Source: the human T2T-CHM13v2.0 reference genome, Homo sapiens
Assembly (NCBI RefSeq): GCF_009914755.1
Contig: NC_060932.1
Reading direction: 5' to 3' (one strand)
DNA: 64,000 bases
Under the pieces are notes generated by a model. It saw only the letters and a program-made list of their open reading frames with translations, had not been told where the DNA came from and searched no databases. Positions 27,391 through 44,554 of this stretch are shown in pieces; positions within the stretch are counted from its first letter, which is position 1, and each line of letters begins with the position of its first letter. The translations under genes were made by a program, and so were the position numbers.

Positions 27391-30134
27391 TAAACTGGCA
27401 AATCCAGGATTCAAGCCCAGATTGCTCTGAACTGAAGTGTGATAGTCCACCTTTACAGCACAGTACCTCACAAGAAGTACAGGGGATTCAAAGGCCATCT
27501 GACTACAGGTTTAGGAAAGGGTAAACACACCACCAACTGGGTATGAATAAATCATATGCATTTCATTCATTCATTCATATGAACTTAATATGTACCTTAT
27601 GCAAGGCACCTTTTAAGTGCTGGAGATGCAGAGATAAATAAGACAGGCAAAGTCGCTGCCCTCTAGGGGACATAGCTAATCAACAGGAGAACAAATATAT
27701 TGATTTGATTTCTGACAACAAGAAACCACCATTTTTTACTATCAGAAAAAGTCTGACCAATGCATCAATATTCAGTGTCAAGATCATCAAAAACTTGCTT
27801 CATTTAATCCACAGGGTAGCACCATGAAGCAGGCACTGTTGCCTCAATGTACAGATGACTGAATATGGTGAAGCTCTGGCTTCAGGCCCAGGGCAGCCCC
27901 TACTATGCGGTGCTGTAGCACAGGAAGAACTCCATTCATCCAAGTTAAAGACAGGCTTGGGGGCCTGGAATCAAAGAAGGCTAAGTGGTTCCTTTACTTT
28001 TGTGATAAGTTTCATCCCAGTCTCAGCCTTCTGAAACTTAGTCCAAGAAGCCCAACTGGTTCATCAGACTTGCTGCGACCAATTAACCTTGCCAGCTCAG
28101 GGAGAGAGAGAGATAGAGAAGAGGGCAGTCAGGGGGAGGGAGAGAAAGAGGGAGAGAGAGAAAGATAGTGGAGCTTTTTTCCTGAATGTGAGCAATCCTG
28201 GCTCCTTTTATCTCTCCGATGTCATGGACATATTTCCAAAAGGACATATTGAAGGAAACCAAATCTTGAGCCATTGAGGAAGCTGGTCTTGTCTTCTCAG
28301 GCCAGCACAGGGCAGTTCATTAGCTGGGGTACTATTTTCACTTTCCTGACTTTCCCTAGCTCCTAGGAGGAAGGCTGAGGTTCTTAGACATGGAGCACAG
28401 AGAGAGTAGAACAAACCTCTGTATGTTAATGGCCCTGGAGATGTTCTTCAACTGGATCACTTGCTGAAGTACTATTTTCCCCTGCAGATAATGAGATGAG
28501 AAAGAAGACTTTTCCCTATAGGCTAACAGAACAAAAGGTGGTGAGGAACCATGAAGAATGTTAGCACCTTGACCTCTGACTTGCTCCATTTGTTCTGTTG
28601 TAAAAGGCAAGTAAGTTCTGTTGTCTTCTTTCTGACATTTTAAGAAAATGAGAAAACATTTTTGGAAATACATGAGGAAAGTATCGCTGAAATGTGTGGC
28701 AGAGCCTCTACTGTGGGGCCAGGGTCTTCACATACATTGTCTCATTTAACCCTTACAACAATACCATGAGAAAACAGGAGGTCAGAGTTTCAGCAACTTC
28801 CCAAAACTCAATTCACGGGAGTTGCAGATCTAGGATGCAAACCCAGGGCTCTGGGACTCCACAGCTCACATGCATGCCCTTTATATTTCAGATTTTCTCT
28901 CCTAGAGCTCCAGGGCTCCCTGTTGTGGTGGGGGAGAAAGCCAAAGGAGAGGCTCTGCCCACTGCCCTCTTCTGCTTCATGAAAGAGGACTGTAGTATGA
29001 AGTTTGTTTCAAGGAAGGGCTCCATAACTAAAACAAAGCAAAATGAAAACAGCACAAGCCCTTTGAAAATCACTGTGGAATGCCAGTTACCCCACAAACC
29101 CCATGCCATCAGATATTTTCAATGATTTAGTTACTTTTTATTCATTTTTCTTGAGATAAAATTCAAGTACCATAATATTCACCCCTTTAAAGAGTAGAAT
29201 TCAAAATTTCTAGCATATTCAAAGATTGTGTGACCATCACCCCTATCCAATTCCAGAACATTTTCATTATCCCCAAAAGAAATTCTATATCCATTTGCAG
29301 CCACTCTCTACCCTCAATCCCTGGCAATCACCAATATACTCTCTGTTTCTATAGATTTGCCTGTGCTAGACATTTCATATAAATGATATGACTCTATTAT
29401 GTATAAATATTTGCATCTGACTTCTTTTATTTAGCATAATATTCTCAAGGCTCATCTACATTGCAGTATTTATCAGTATTTAATTCCTTTATACGGCTGA
29501 ATAATATTTCACTAAATGGATATAGGACATTTTATTTACTAATCAATTAATGGATATTTGGGTCGTTTTCACTTTTTACTTGCTATTAATAGTGCTGCTG
29601 TGAACATTTGCAGACAGGTTTTTGTGTAAAAGTATGTTTTAAATTTTCTGACTATGTAGTTAAGGGTGTACTTGCCTGTCTTATGGTAACTATATTTAAC
29701 TTTCTGAGGAACTGCCAAACTGGTTTCCAGAATGACTGGACCATTTCACTTTCCCATGAATGAGGAAGGAGTGTTCAAATTTCTTCATATTGTTTGTCAA
29801 CACTTATTGTTGTCTGTTTTTTAAATTATAGCCATCTTAGAGGGTAATAGGTTGTATCCCATTGTGGCTTTGATTTACATTTCTCTAATAACTAATGATG
29901 TTAAAAATCTTTTCATGTGTTTATTGGCCATTTGTAAATCCTCTTTAGAGAAATGTCTATTAAAGTCCTTTCCTTATTTTGTTAAACTGGGTTTCTGTCT
30001 CTTTCATTGTTGGGTTGTAAGATTATTCCAGGCAATTAGACCCTTATCAGATAAGACTTTTACATATTTTCTCCCATTCTGTGGGTTGTCTTTGCACTTT
30101 CTTGATACTGTCCTTGGATGCACAAAAGTTTTTA

Positions 30135-30763
<629 letters not shown>

Positions 30764-31214
30764 ACAAAAGTTTTTAACATTGATGAAGTGCAATTTATCT
30801 ATTTTTTTTTGGCTGCTTAGACTTTTGGTGTCATATCTAAAAAACATTGTCTAATCCAAGGTCATGAAGATGTATGCTTATGTTTTCTTCTAAGGGTTTT
30901 ATAGTTTCAGTTCTTACACTTAGTTCATTGATTCATTTTGTGTTAATTTTTACATATGAGCTGAGGGAGTAGTCCAACTTCATTCTTTTGCATGTGGATA
31001 TCCAGTTGTCCCAGCACCACGGAAACCTATTCTTTTCCCCATGGAAATCTCTTAACTTTCTCATTGAAAATCAGTTGATAAATGCATGTGTTTGTTTCTG
31101 GACTGTCAATTCTATTCGATTGATCTATATGTCTATCCTTATGCCAGTAACACAAAGTTTTCATTACTATAAGCTGTTAGTAACCTTCAACATCAGAAAG
31201 TGTAAGTCCTCCCA

Positions 31215-31505
<291 letters not shown>

Positions 31506-31850
31506 CAATGTGTTCTTTTTCAAGATTGTTCTGAATATTCTGGATTATGGACACTTTACATTTCCATGTGGATTTCAGGATCAGCTTGTCAATCTCAGCA
31601 AAACTGGAAACTGGAGCTTTGATAGGGATTGCACCCAATCTCTAGATCAATCTGGAAAGAGAGTATTACCATCCTAACAATACTGTCTTCTGATCCATAA
31701 ACATGGGTGCCTTTGTATTTATTTAGGTCTTCTGTAATTTATTTCATTGATGTTTTGTAGTTTTCAGTGTACAAGTCTTGTACTTCTTTTGTTAAATTTA
31801 TTCCTAAGTATCTTATTTTTATTTGTGCTATTGTACACGGAATTGTTTTT

Positions 31851-32150
31851 CTTTTCTTTTTTTTTTTCTTGAGACTGAGTCTCGCTTCTTCGCCCAGGCT
31901 GGAGTGCAATGGCGTGTTCTCAGCTCGCTGCAAGCTCCACCTCCTGGGTTCACGCCATTCCCGTGCCTCAGCCTCCTGAGTAGCTGGGACTACAGGCGCC
32001 CACCACCACGCCCAGCTAATTTTTTGTATTTTTAGTAGAGATGGGGTTTCACCATGTTAGTCAGAATGGTCTCGATCTCCTGACCTTGTGATCTGCCTGC
32101 CTCTGCCTCCCAAAGTGCTGGGATTACAGGCATGAGCCACCACGCCGGAC
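31851..32150 (-). mobile_element. AluY
   Basis: gcaagctcc, ttcacgccatt; TSD ggaattgttttt. Confidence 0.92.
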
Positions 32151-32946
32151 TGGAATTGTTTTTCTTAACTGTTTACAGATTTTTCATGGCTACTGTATAG
32201 AAACAAACTCATTTTTGGACGTTGATTTTACATCCTACAACTTTGGTGAACTTATTAGCTCTATAAGCTTTTTTTGTGGATTCCTTTGGATTTTTAATAT
32301 GTAAAATTAGGTATTCTGAAAATAAAGATAATTTTATTTTCCTTTTATTTCTTTTTCTTGCTTGATTGCCTTAGATATAACTTCCAGTACAATGTTGAAT
32401 AGAAGTGGCAAGAGCAGATGTCCTTGTCTTATTCCTGGTCTTAGAGGAAAAGCTTTCAGTCTTTTACCATTAAATTATTAGCTGTGGGTTTTTCACAGAT
32501 TTCCTTCAATCATATTGAGGCAATTCTCTTCTTTTTCTAGTTTATTTAGTGTTTTTATCAGGAAAGGGTGTTGATTTTTTGTCAAATGCTTGTTCTGCAT
32601 CTATTGAGATAATAAAGTGGGTTTTTTCCTTACTGTTTTAACATGGTGTATGTCATTGTTTGATTTTTTGTACGTTAAAACACCCTTGCATTTTGGGGTA
32701 AATCTCATTTGGTCATGGTGTATGATGCTTTTATATGTTGCCAGATTTGGTTTGCTAGTATTTTGTCGAAGATTTTTGCATTATGTTGATAAAGGATATT
32801 AGTCTGTAGTTAATTTTACTTGTAATATCTTTGTCTCATTTGAATATCAGATAATAATGGGTTGATAGAATGAGCTGAGAAGTAGTCCCTCCTCTTCTAA
32901 TTTTTGGATGAATTTACAAAGGATTAGTGGATTAGTGTTCTCTCTC

Positions 32947-33144
<198 letters not shown>

Positions 33145-33801
33145 TTAACTTTTTTGGTTATAGATCTATTGAGGTTTTTTTATTTCCCTTTGAGTTAATT
33201 TTGATAGTTTGTGTCTTTCTGAAATGTATTTAATCTAACTAGGATATCTGATTTGTTTGCATACAACTGTTCTTAGCATTTCCTTATAATGCTTTTTATT
33301 TGGGTAAGGTCAGTAGTAATAATATACCCTCTTTTATTCTTAATTTTAATAATTCGAGTCCTCCTCCCCTTTCTTTTTCAGGTTAGGTGAAGGTGTGTCA
33401 ATGTTGTCGATATTTTCAACTAATTAGCTTTTGGTTTTGTTGACTATATCTATTATTCTTCTATTTTACTTCTTTATTTCTGCTCTGATTTTTATTCATT
33501 CCTTCTCGTTTCTTGCTTTGAGTTTATCTCACTCTTATTTTTCTAGGTTCTCAAGGTGAAAAGCTAGGTTATTAATTTGAGATCTTTCTTCTATTTTAAT
33601 ACAGGCATTTCAGTTATAAGTTTCCCTGCAAGCACCACTTTTGTGGCATCTCATAAGTTAGGATTTGTTACATTTTTATTTTATTTATCTCAAAGTATTT
33701 TCCAATTTCCTTTGTGATTTTTTCTTTGATTCATTGGTTATTTAGGAGTTACATTTTTAAATTTCCACATATTTATAAACTTCCCAATTTTTAAAAAAAT
33801 T

Positions 33802-34113
33802 CTTTTTTATTTTATTATTTTATTTTGTTTTTTTGAGACAGAGTCTCGTGTTGCCCATGCTGGGGTGCAGTGGCATGATCTCAGTTCATTGCAACCCCCG
33901 CCTCCTGGGTTCAAGTGATTCTCGTGCCTCAGCCTCCTGGGTAGCTGGGATTATAGACATGCACCACCATGCCCAGCTAATTTTTATACTTTCAGTAAAG
34001 ACATGGTTTCACCATGTTGAGCAATCTGGTATCAAACTCCTGGGCTCATGTGATCTGCCCACCTCAGCCTCCAAAAGTGCTGGGATTACAGGCATGAGCC
34101 ACCATACCCGGCC
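33802..34113 (-). mobile_element. Alu (J/S intermediate)
   Basis: Full dimer; no clear TSD. Confidence 0.88.
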
Positions 34114-34532
34114 TGTTCTATCCATTATTAAAAGTGAGATACTGAAGTATCCAATTATCATTATTGAAATGCTTATTTCACCCTGAAATTCTGTCAATTT
34201 TGCTTCACATATTTTGAGAATCTGTTGTTAGGTACATATATGTTTATAATTGTTATAACTTCTTGATGGATTAATGGTTTGATCATTATAGAATGTCCTT
34301 TTTTGTCTCTAGCAATGCTTTTTGTCTTACATTTGCTTGCCTTTTCCCCTATTATAAGCATTTCTAGAAAATATTAAATATATTACAATCATAGCACAAA
34401 TCAGAAGTAATATGAAAATAAGGTAAACATTTGTTGTTCTGGAGTTCATTCATTTCGTTCATTTCCTAAGGTACAAATTATGTTTGTGCTAGAAATTTGG
34501 TAGTGTCATGCTTAAAGAGGCTAATGTGCATA

Positions 34533-34549
34533 TCACCCTCTAGTGGACA
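34533..34549 (-). promoter_or_regulatory. Candidate CTCF site (TGTCCACTAGAGGGTGA)
   Basis: Matches the CCACTAGRGGG core; motif only, no binding data. Confidence 0.45.
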
Positions 34550-34967
34550 ATTATGTACATTGACACATCCTCTGTAGTTAAGTAAACATGAGGAGGCAGC
34601 CATAACCCTTAGTGATAGAATCATGAACTAGAATCCTAGAACGTTCTATATAAACCCCGTTCACACAACCAGATCCCAGTTGCCAAATTTGAAAGCCAAC
34701 AAAACCTGGGGTTGGGAAAGACTCTATTTTGTTGTTGTAAGCCACGACTCTGGTACAAAACAAGGTGTCAACACCGTTAAGGGACAAGATCCTGGAGAAG
34801 CTCAGACCTAGAGATACCAGAACTAGCCTATAGGAGTTTTCCTATTTTCATACTATGTGGAGGAATATGACAAACCCAGCAGCGGGTCAGATTGCCATTG
34901 ATGGCTGCTACTTGACTCCTACTGAACATATGATTGTTTTGCCAGGGTGCATGCTGGATCCATAAGT

Positions 34968-35900
34968 AATATTTTTTTCTCCTCTGGCTGCCTTGAAGAT
35001 TTTTCCTTTAACTTTGCTTCTCATTGGTTTTACAATTATATTTTAGGGTTTTTTCTTTTTAATTTTTAGTTAGTTTTCCTTTATTGATTTTGGATTATTC
35101 TTGTCCATCATCTCTTCAAATATTCTTTTACTTCACTCTCTTCTTCTGGAACTCCAATTACATGTATGTTAGACAGTTGTTATTATCCCACAGCTGATCT
35201 CTCTCTCTTTTTTCTATTATGTTTAAATTCGATTCCTATTTACTTATTTTCAAGTCTGGTGATTCTTTCTTCTGTAGTTTCCAGTTTGCTAGTAAGCTTA
35301 TTGAATGAATTCTTCACCTCTGCACCCATGTTTTCTATTTCTAGCGTTTCCACTTAACTCTGTTGTTTAGTTTCTGCATTTCTAATAAAATTCCTCATCT
35401 GTTAATGCCAACTTTCCACCTATTCCACTAGATCCTTTAACAAAGGAGTCCCCAACCCCCGGGCTGCAGATTGGTACCCGTCTGTGGCCTTTTAGGAACT
35501 GGGCCACACAGCAGGAGGTGAATGGTGGGTGAGAGAGCATTACTACCTGAACTCCACCTCCTGTCAGATCAGCAGAAGCATAAGATTCTTATAGGAGTAT
35601 GACCCATATTGTGAACTGCGCATGTGAGTGATCTAGGTTGTGTGCTCCTTATGAGACTCTAACTAATGCCTGATGATCTGAGGTGGAACAGTTTCATCCC
35701 AAAACCATCCTTCCTCTTTCCCCAGTCTGTGGAAAAATTGTTTTCCACAAAACCAGCCCCTGGTGCCAAAAAGGTTGGGAATTGCTGCTTTAACATACTA
35801 ATCATGGTTATCTTAAATTCCCTGTCCGTCAATTCCAACATCTGGGTCATCTCTGAGTTTGGATCTGCTGAATGCTTTATCTCTTGAAGATAGATTGATT
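34968..35900 (-). mobile_element. L1M ORF1/5' region fragment
   Basis: Minus-strand peptide MTQMLELTDREFKITMISML is typical of L1M ORF1; ctggaactccaattacatgtatgttagac. Confidence 0.8.
35443..35787. mobile_element. MER1B hAT-Charlie MITE
   Basis: TIRs (a)aggagtccccaacc / ggttgggaattgctg; perfect 8-bp TSD ctttaaca. Confidence 0.9.
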
Positions 35901-36286
35901 TCTCCTACTATTTGTAGAATTTCTCTTCTGTGAGATTTAAATGGTCTTATGTCAGCTGGCAGGGAAAAAAATTCACCATGAGAGGAAAAGGAATCTACTG
36001 AGGACTGTGGTTCAATAGGAAGGCTTGAATATTTGTGTTCAAGAGCAGGGTCTGGTCAAAGTATATGACTGAAGCAGGAAGGGTTTCTGAGATCCAGCCC
36101 CCAGATTAGGCAGCCAAGCTTCAAAAAAAAAACTGGGTATGTGAATATAAAAATTGTAAAAGCCAATATAATAATTTTATTGTATAATAAAATATCAAGT
36201 CTAACACATCCTGCTGCTTGCACAGGGATTCAGACAAGCAGCACCATCACAGCAGAGAGCCATCTGGTTGTGTGGAATCAGCTGGG

Positions 36287-37125
36287 TTTTTTAAATTAAT
36301 AGATTTCATTTTTTGGAACAATTTTAGGTTTACAGAAAAATTGAGCAGGAAGTATAGAGACTTCCCATAAACCCATTCCCCCCAGTTTCTCCTATTATTA
36401 ACATTTTTCTTTGGTATGTAACATTTGTTACAGTTGATATAATATTATTAAATAAGTCAATTATTTATATTGAAGTTCACTCCTTGTATAGTCCTATGGG
36501 TTTTGACAAATGCATAATGTCATGTATCTACCATTTATTTCAGTACTATACAGAAAATAGTTTTACTGTCATAAAAATTTCCTTTGTTCCACCTATTCAT
36601 TATTCCCTCCCCTCTAAACCCTTAGAAGCCACTGACCTTTTTACTATCTATAGCTTTGCCTTTTCCAGAATGCCATACAGTTGAATCATACAGTATGTAA
36701 CTTTTTCAGCCTGGCTTTAGTCTAAAAAGTCTGGATTTCACTTATAATGCTCATTGAAGACTATTTGCATGTCTTTTCATGGCATGATAGTTCATTTTTT
36801 AATCATTGAATGATATTTCACTGTATGGATTTAACATAATTTGTTTATTCATGTACCTGTTGAAGGACATCTTAGTTGTATCCACCTTTCAGCAATTATG
36901 AAAAAAGTTGCTACAAAAATTTCTGTGCAGGTTTTTGTGTGAACATAAGTTTTCAATTTATTTGGGAAAAAACCTTGGAACGCTATTATTGGCTTGTATG
37001 GCAGACTATGTATACCTCTGTAATAAATTGCCAAATGGTCTTCCAAAGTGGCTGTACCATTTTGCAGTCCCACCAGCAATAAATGCAAGTTCTTGTTGTT
37101 CCGCATCCTCACCAGCATTTGGTGC
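36287..37125 (-). mobile_element. L1MC-type 3' fragment
   Basis: ttttaggtttacagaaaaattgagcagga... and ORF2-end peptide LKTYVHTKTCT. Confidence 0.85.
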
Positions 37126-37502
37126 TATTAGCTGGAACCAGTTTTTAACAGTGCTACAATGTGCAGCAACAATATTTTAAAATGAGAATCTACTAGGGAA
37201 CAGATGCGATTTTGTTCTGACTTCCCTTTTGGTGTTTGGGAACAGAACTGACATCTTTGGATTTAGTAAGTTCTTTGGGTTCTTATGCCTTGTTGATAAG
37301 AAGAGTTTACAAATGGGTATTGGATATCTTTCTAATTTAAACAGGTGAGTACTTAAGTAATAAATTGAAAAAATAAGAATATTTTTGTAATTGTACTTTA
37401 AGCTATATAAGGAGGTAATGTGTCATACAACATTGGCTCTTGCTTGGAAAGGTATTTTGAACAAAGCAACTTAAAATGATCTCCTTTAAGAACCTACTTA
37501 AG

Positions 37503-37795
<293 letters not shown>

Positions 37796-37909
37796 TTAAA
37801 ACTGAAGGTTTAGTAAACTGACTCCAAGTGAAACCATGACTATCTTTTATGTGCCTCTGGCCTGCCACTTCCCACCCTCTCTCCACTCTGAGACAGGAAG
37901 AAGTGAGTA

Positions 37910-38568
37910 TGGGCATACCATGTTTTATTGAGCTTCAATTTATTGTGCTTCTCAGATATTGCACTTTTTACTAATTGAAGGTGTGGCAATCCTGCATTGA
38001 GCAAGTCTTCTTATGAATAAGCAAAGAAAGTGGTTTCCTGAGATGGAATCTACTTCTAGTGAAGATGCTGTGAACATTGTTGAAATGACAGCAAAGGATT
38101 TAGAATATTACATAAACTTAGTTGAAAAAGCAGTGGCAGGATTGACTCCAATTTTGAAAGTTCTACCATGTATAAAATGCTATCAAATAGCAACATGCAC
38201 TACAGAGAAATCTTTAGTGAAACATAGTCAGTCAATGTGGCAAACTTCATTGTCATATTTTAAGAAATTGCCACAGCCACTCCAACCTTCAGCAACCACT
38301 GTCAATACCAAAGCAAGACCACCAGCAAAACAATTAGGACTCACTGAAGGCTCAGAGGATCATTAGCGTTTTTTAGCAATAAGGTTTTTTGAAATTAAGA
38401 TATTTAATGTTTTTTCTAGACATAATGCTATTGCACACTTAGTAGACCATAGTATAAACATAACTTTTATATGCACTAGGAAACAAAAAATTTTGTGTGA
38501 GTTGCTTTATTGTGATCTTTATTGTAGTGGTCTGGAACTGAACCTGCAATATCTCTGAGGTACACCTG
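37910..38568 (+). mobile_element. Tigger1 internal-deletion derivative
   Basis: TIRs gggcatacc / gaggtacacctg; transposase C-terminal peptide MNKQRKWFPEMESTSSEDAVNIVEMTAKDLEYYINLV. Confidence 0.9.
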
Positions 38569-39811
38569 TTTGTATGTCTTAAGATAATTCCATCTGTTAG
38601 CTGCTTACTACTATAAATGACTCACCTAGAATTTGGCTTCTCAACTTAAGGTTTTAAGAGAATTTAAAGCTATGATTTAAAACTCTGTTTTTTCCCATTC
38701 ATTCCAAAAGACAAGAAGGGAAAATGCCTTAACAATGTTCACTACCTTCAGACAGGTGAATATAAATGACATTTCCAACAAGTTGAGTAAATTAATGATG
38801 GCATTTAAATTTCAAGCTAAGAATAGTCGCCTTTGTGTACTGGGATAATAAGTATACAGTATTTCTTCATTTTTTTACATTTAAAAATGCAATCTCCTCT
38901 TTCTCCAGGTGGCACTTTTCTAGAAATTCAGTAGACAAACAATAATAATGATAAAACAGTGTTTCCCTGGTTCATATTCCACTCTGTGAATTACGGACTT
39001 TCCCATTCCATCCTTCAACACTATACCCCATCCCCAACACCACACATACACCTCAAATTCCCCCAATTCTGCCAACTCTGTATTCCAGGCACTAGCCTCC
39101 ACCACTGAGAAAGAAAAATTGATTAAATGTTTGGAAATAAATGTAGGACATGTCACAGTTGTAGTGTTATGGAAGCCCCAAGGGATAGAGGGCACCGCTT
39201 GTCATTTGCCATTGGTTCTTTTCCTACCCCCATCTTGCTTTGTGAATGTCTCCTTCCCAGGTTGCCCTGTATGTGGGAGTATGGATTAGTCTGGCTGTCT
39301 GTCCAGGCTGTTTTGTCCTTCTCTTGCTATGGCATCCTGTCAGTCTTTGATCTGGACTGCAAGGTTAGTTAACTTCTACCCCCATTTATTTTACCAAACA
39401 CTATTTATAAGATATAATGCTGTTCTGACTTGTGTTCCCAACGTCTAATAGAGAATCTTCTTATCTAGCTAAAGAGCAGGATCTCCTCTCCCAAGAACTC
39501 AGCATAAAACCCTCAAAGTAGATTCAGAGAACAATTTTTGTTGTTGTTGTTAATTGAGTTTGTGAACCTCTACTCTCTCTTGTGAATACTTCCCAAGAAG
39601 TCTCTCAGACCTGTATTCTAACAAACCCCTGCTGGTCTCTCCTAACACAACTTGATGGCCATATCTATACCACACATTTTGCATTCCACTTCATTCTGAT
39701 AATAGAACTCCATTTTTTTCCCTTGGGGAGTTATCCTTTTCCATGTAATCTGAATAGTTTAGTTGGGCTGACTTCTTTCATGGCTTTTGTGTTTGATTAA
39801 AAATGGCTGAC

Positions 39812-40702
<891 letters not shown>

Positions 40703-40989
40703 TCCAGAGGTGGGTTGTTAACTCATATGCAGGTAATCAGAACAGTAAATCCACCCAGTCATAGTATTTGTTTCAGGACTGAGAACATGACCCAACTCTG
40801 GCCAGTTAACATTTCCATCCTCCCAGCTGTAGTGGATGGTTAGGATATGGGTTTGGGTTTGTTATTCAAGGTGGTTCAATGAAGTACTGTACTTGGAACT
40901 TTATACAAACTAGGACAGTCTGTAACATTGCTGAGAGGGTATTATATAAGCACAGAAAAAGAGAAAGTCATCATGCCACCACCAGCTAG

Positions 40990-41433
<444 letters not shown>

Positions 41434-43095
41434 TAATTTTTATTGTTTCGTTAATGGAAACCAAAAGTGTACTAACTACCATGTATATGAATTCTCTTTA
41501 TGGTTCAACTAGACTTCCTAGCAGAGGCCGTGATTATTTGTAATTTCTAAATTTTCCCTAACAAATATGTCTAATTTTATTAATGGAAATTTTCAAACTT
41601 TATTTTTTAAAATTTGAAGCAGAATCTTCATGTAATGGTAAAATATATAACAACTAATCTGGTGGTGGAGCATTATCATCACCATAATTTTTCTGACTAA
41701 CAACCTCATTTTACCTCATTTCTGTAAAATGAAGAAATCAATGAAGGAAACTAAGCCAGTAAATGCTTAAGCAAGAATCTGAACTCATATCTGGTCCTAA
41801 ATTCCATACTTTATACTTCTTGGAAACAACTTATGAGTTCTAAAAAATATGATAAGATGCCACATATTGGAACATAAAATCAAATGTATAGTTAGTACAT
41901 ATACAAACACCACAGAGTCACTTTGGTTTTCTGAAATTCTGGAGACACACACAATTGCAGAAGAAAATTCAATGCATCTGACTATCACCAAACCTTTCTG
42001 CTCTTTCTCTTGTACACTTCTTATTAATTTGAGGTTTGTAACTTCTTTTTGTGACGAAAAGTTTTTTTGAAATGTCATCATCCTGTGGACAATGGTTGAG
42101 ATACCAAGTGTCAGGTAAGAAAAATTTGAGATGGGCCCCATCTCTCATTCCCCTTAGTTTATCCCAGGCCTCCACCATACACCTTTTTGTATTGACCTGT
42201 TTACTTCTCATTCAATAATGTAACTCTTCATAAGTTTTTAATTTTATTAAATTTTGAAATGATCACAAATTTACAGAAAATTGGTAAGGAGAGTACAAAA
42301 AACGTTTTCCCCTGTGCATTTGACAGTAAGTTGCTGACCTCATGCCCTATCACCCACAGATACTTAAGTGTGTATTACCTACAAACAAGGACATTCTCAA
42401 CACAGCTATCCTCCAATCCTCAAAATCAGGAAACTGATATCAAATCTCAGATTCTATTCAAGTATTGCCAATTGTCCCCAATGTGTTTTTTTTTTTTTTT
42501 TAACCAAAAGATGAAGTTCAGAATCTCATGTTGTATCTGATGCTCACACCTATTTAGTCTTCTTTGGTCTGGAACAGTCTGGAATAATTCCTCAGTCTTT
42601 CTTTGACTTTTATGACTTTGGCAGTATTGTAGGTTATAGGCTACTCTATAGACTGTGTGTTAATTTAGATTTTTTAAAAGATCCCCCTAGATTTGTGTTC
42701 CACATCTCTGGCAGAAATACCACAGAATGATGCTGCATTTTTGTCGTGACATCCTGTCAGGAGCACGATACCAATTTCCAGTCACTGATGACATTCACGT
42801 TGATCGTATGATTCAGATGGTATCTGCCAGGCTTCCCACTACAATGTTACCCTTCTTCCTGTGCATAGAACACACTCACCTCCCTACCAAGAGAAATAAT
42901 TCAGTCTCATCCAGTTACTGCATTCTGCTAAAAATCCAACATCTCTGGGTGATGCACAGTTGTGTCCAATATGGCTCTTCATGGTGGTTCTAGTAATTTG
43001 TCAACCAAAATACGAGTTATTAGCCTACTCTCCCCCATATCCTCCCAATATGCTTCATTCAGTGGCTGAATAGGACCAAGATAACTGCAATAGAA

Positions 43096-43220
43096 ATTTG
43101 TATTTGAAAAAGAAAGAATGGGTAAACACATTTTTTTTTTAAAAAGAAACACACATTTTATTTGAAAAAGAAATAAAACACACATTTTATTTGAAAAAGA
43201 AAGAATGGGTAAACACACAG
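43096..43220. repeat. Complex local tandem duplication
   Basis: tatttgaaaaagaaagaatgggtaaacaca occurs twice, with two variant units between. Confidence 0.85.
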
Positions 43221-43806
43221 GTCTGTAACAATTATTACATTGTACTGGGCAGGACTTCATGGTGAAGTCAGTTCCTCGGAAGGAGCCTGTCTGGTTGTCC
43301 CCCGTTCTGTTCTCAGAGACTAACATCCTAGTCCTTTCACCTCTGTAGCAAGATATTACTTGACCATTGATCTCTGTGCCCACATTTGATATGAGCATTA
43401 GGGAGAAGGTCCGCCCTGGGAATTGGATAGATTTTTTGAAGTTAGGTGTCCTGAAGGTGTCTTTAGGGCTCAGATAATCACAGGATTTTTGCAGAGCTGG
43501 CTTGGGATTTTTTTTTTCTTTTTTTTTGACAATATGATGCCTTCAAAAACTTAGTCGGCCTTTAATCTTTGTATTGGGCAGTTCCATATGCTGGTAACCA
43601 TCCAGTGGTAATTCCTCTCATTTTGCAATATGTTTTAAATTTTCATTTATTTAGATCTTCTTCTAATCTTCAGTAAAGTTTTGTATTTTATAAAGTATAT
43701 GTTTGAGTATTCACAAATATATCAAAATGTATTATTATTTTATGCTCATGTATTTATGTTACGGAAGTTCCTTCTGTTTCTAGATTACTAATTATTTAAA
43801 AAATCA

Positions 43807-44147
<341 letters not shown>

Positions 44148-44554
44148 TCAGATGATTACATAGGGCTTTTATTTTAAATTTGACACTGCCAGCATAGAAA
44201 TACATTACAATAAACAGCGCTGTATCAATTACCCACTTAAATAAATAAAACATTACAAATACAAGTAAAGTCCCTTGTATTTCTCCCCAGTTCTTTTCTC
44301 ATCTAATATTCTGCCCCACATCCCTCTCCTAAGTTTGATTTTTATTGTTTCTATACTACCTATATACTTTGCTTCACATATATTTCTCTATAACATATAT
44401 AATATTGCTCAGGCTTTTAATACGTTTATTTTAGGTTTCATGTGGTATGTATCTTGCCACAAATTACTTTTCTTCACTCCACATTGTTTTTGAGATTCAG
44501 CCTGTCTGCTAGACATGATTCTAGTTTATTTTAACCACAATTTAGTGTTCCACT

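Noticed and set aside
38013-38366. 117-aa ORF resembling the TIGD1 C-terminus
   Set aside because: Part of an internally deleted Tigger1 lacking the DNA-binding and DDE domains.
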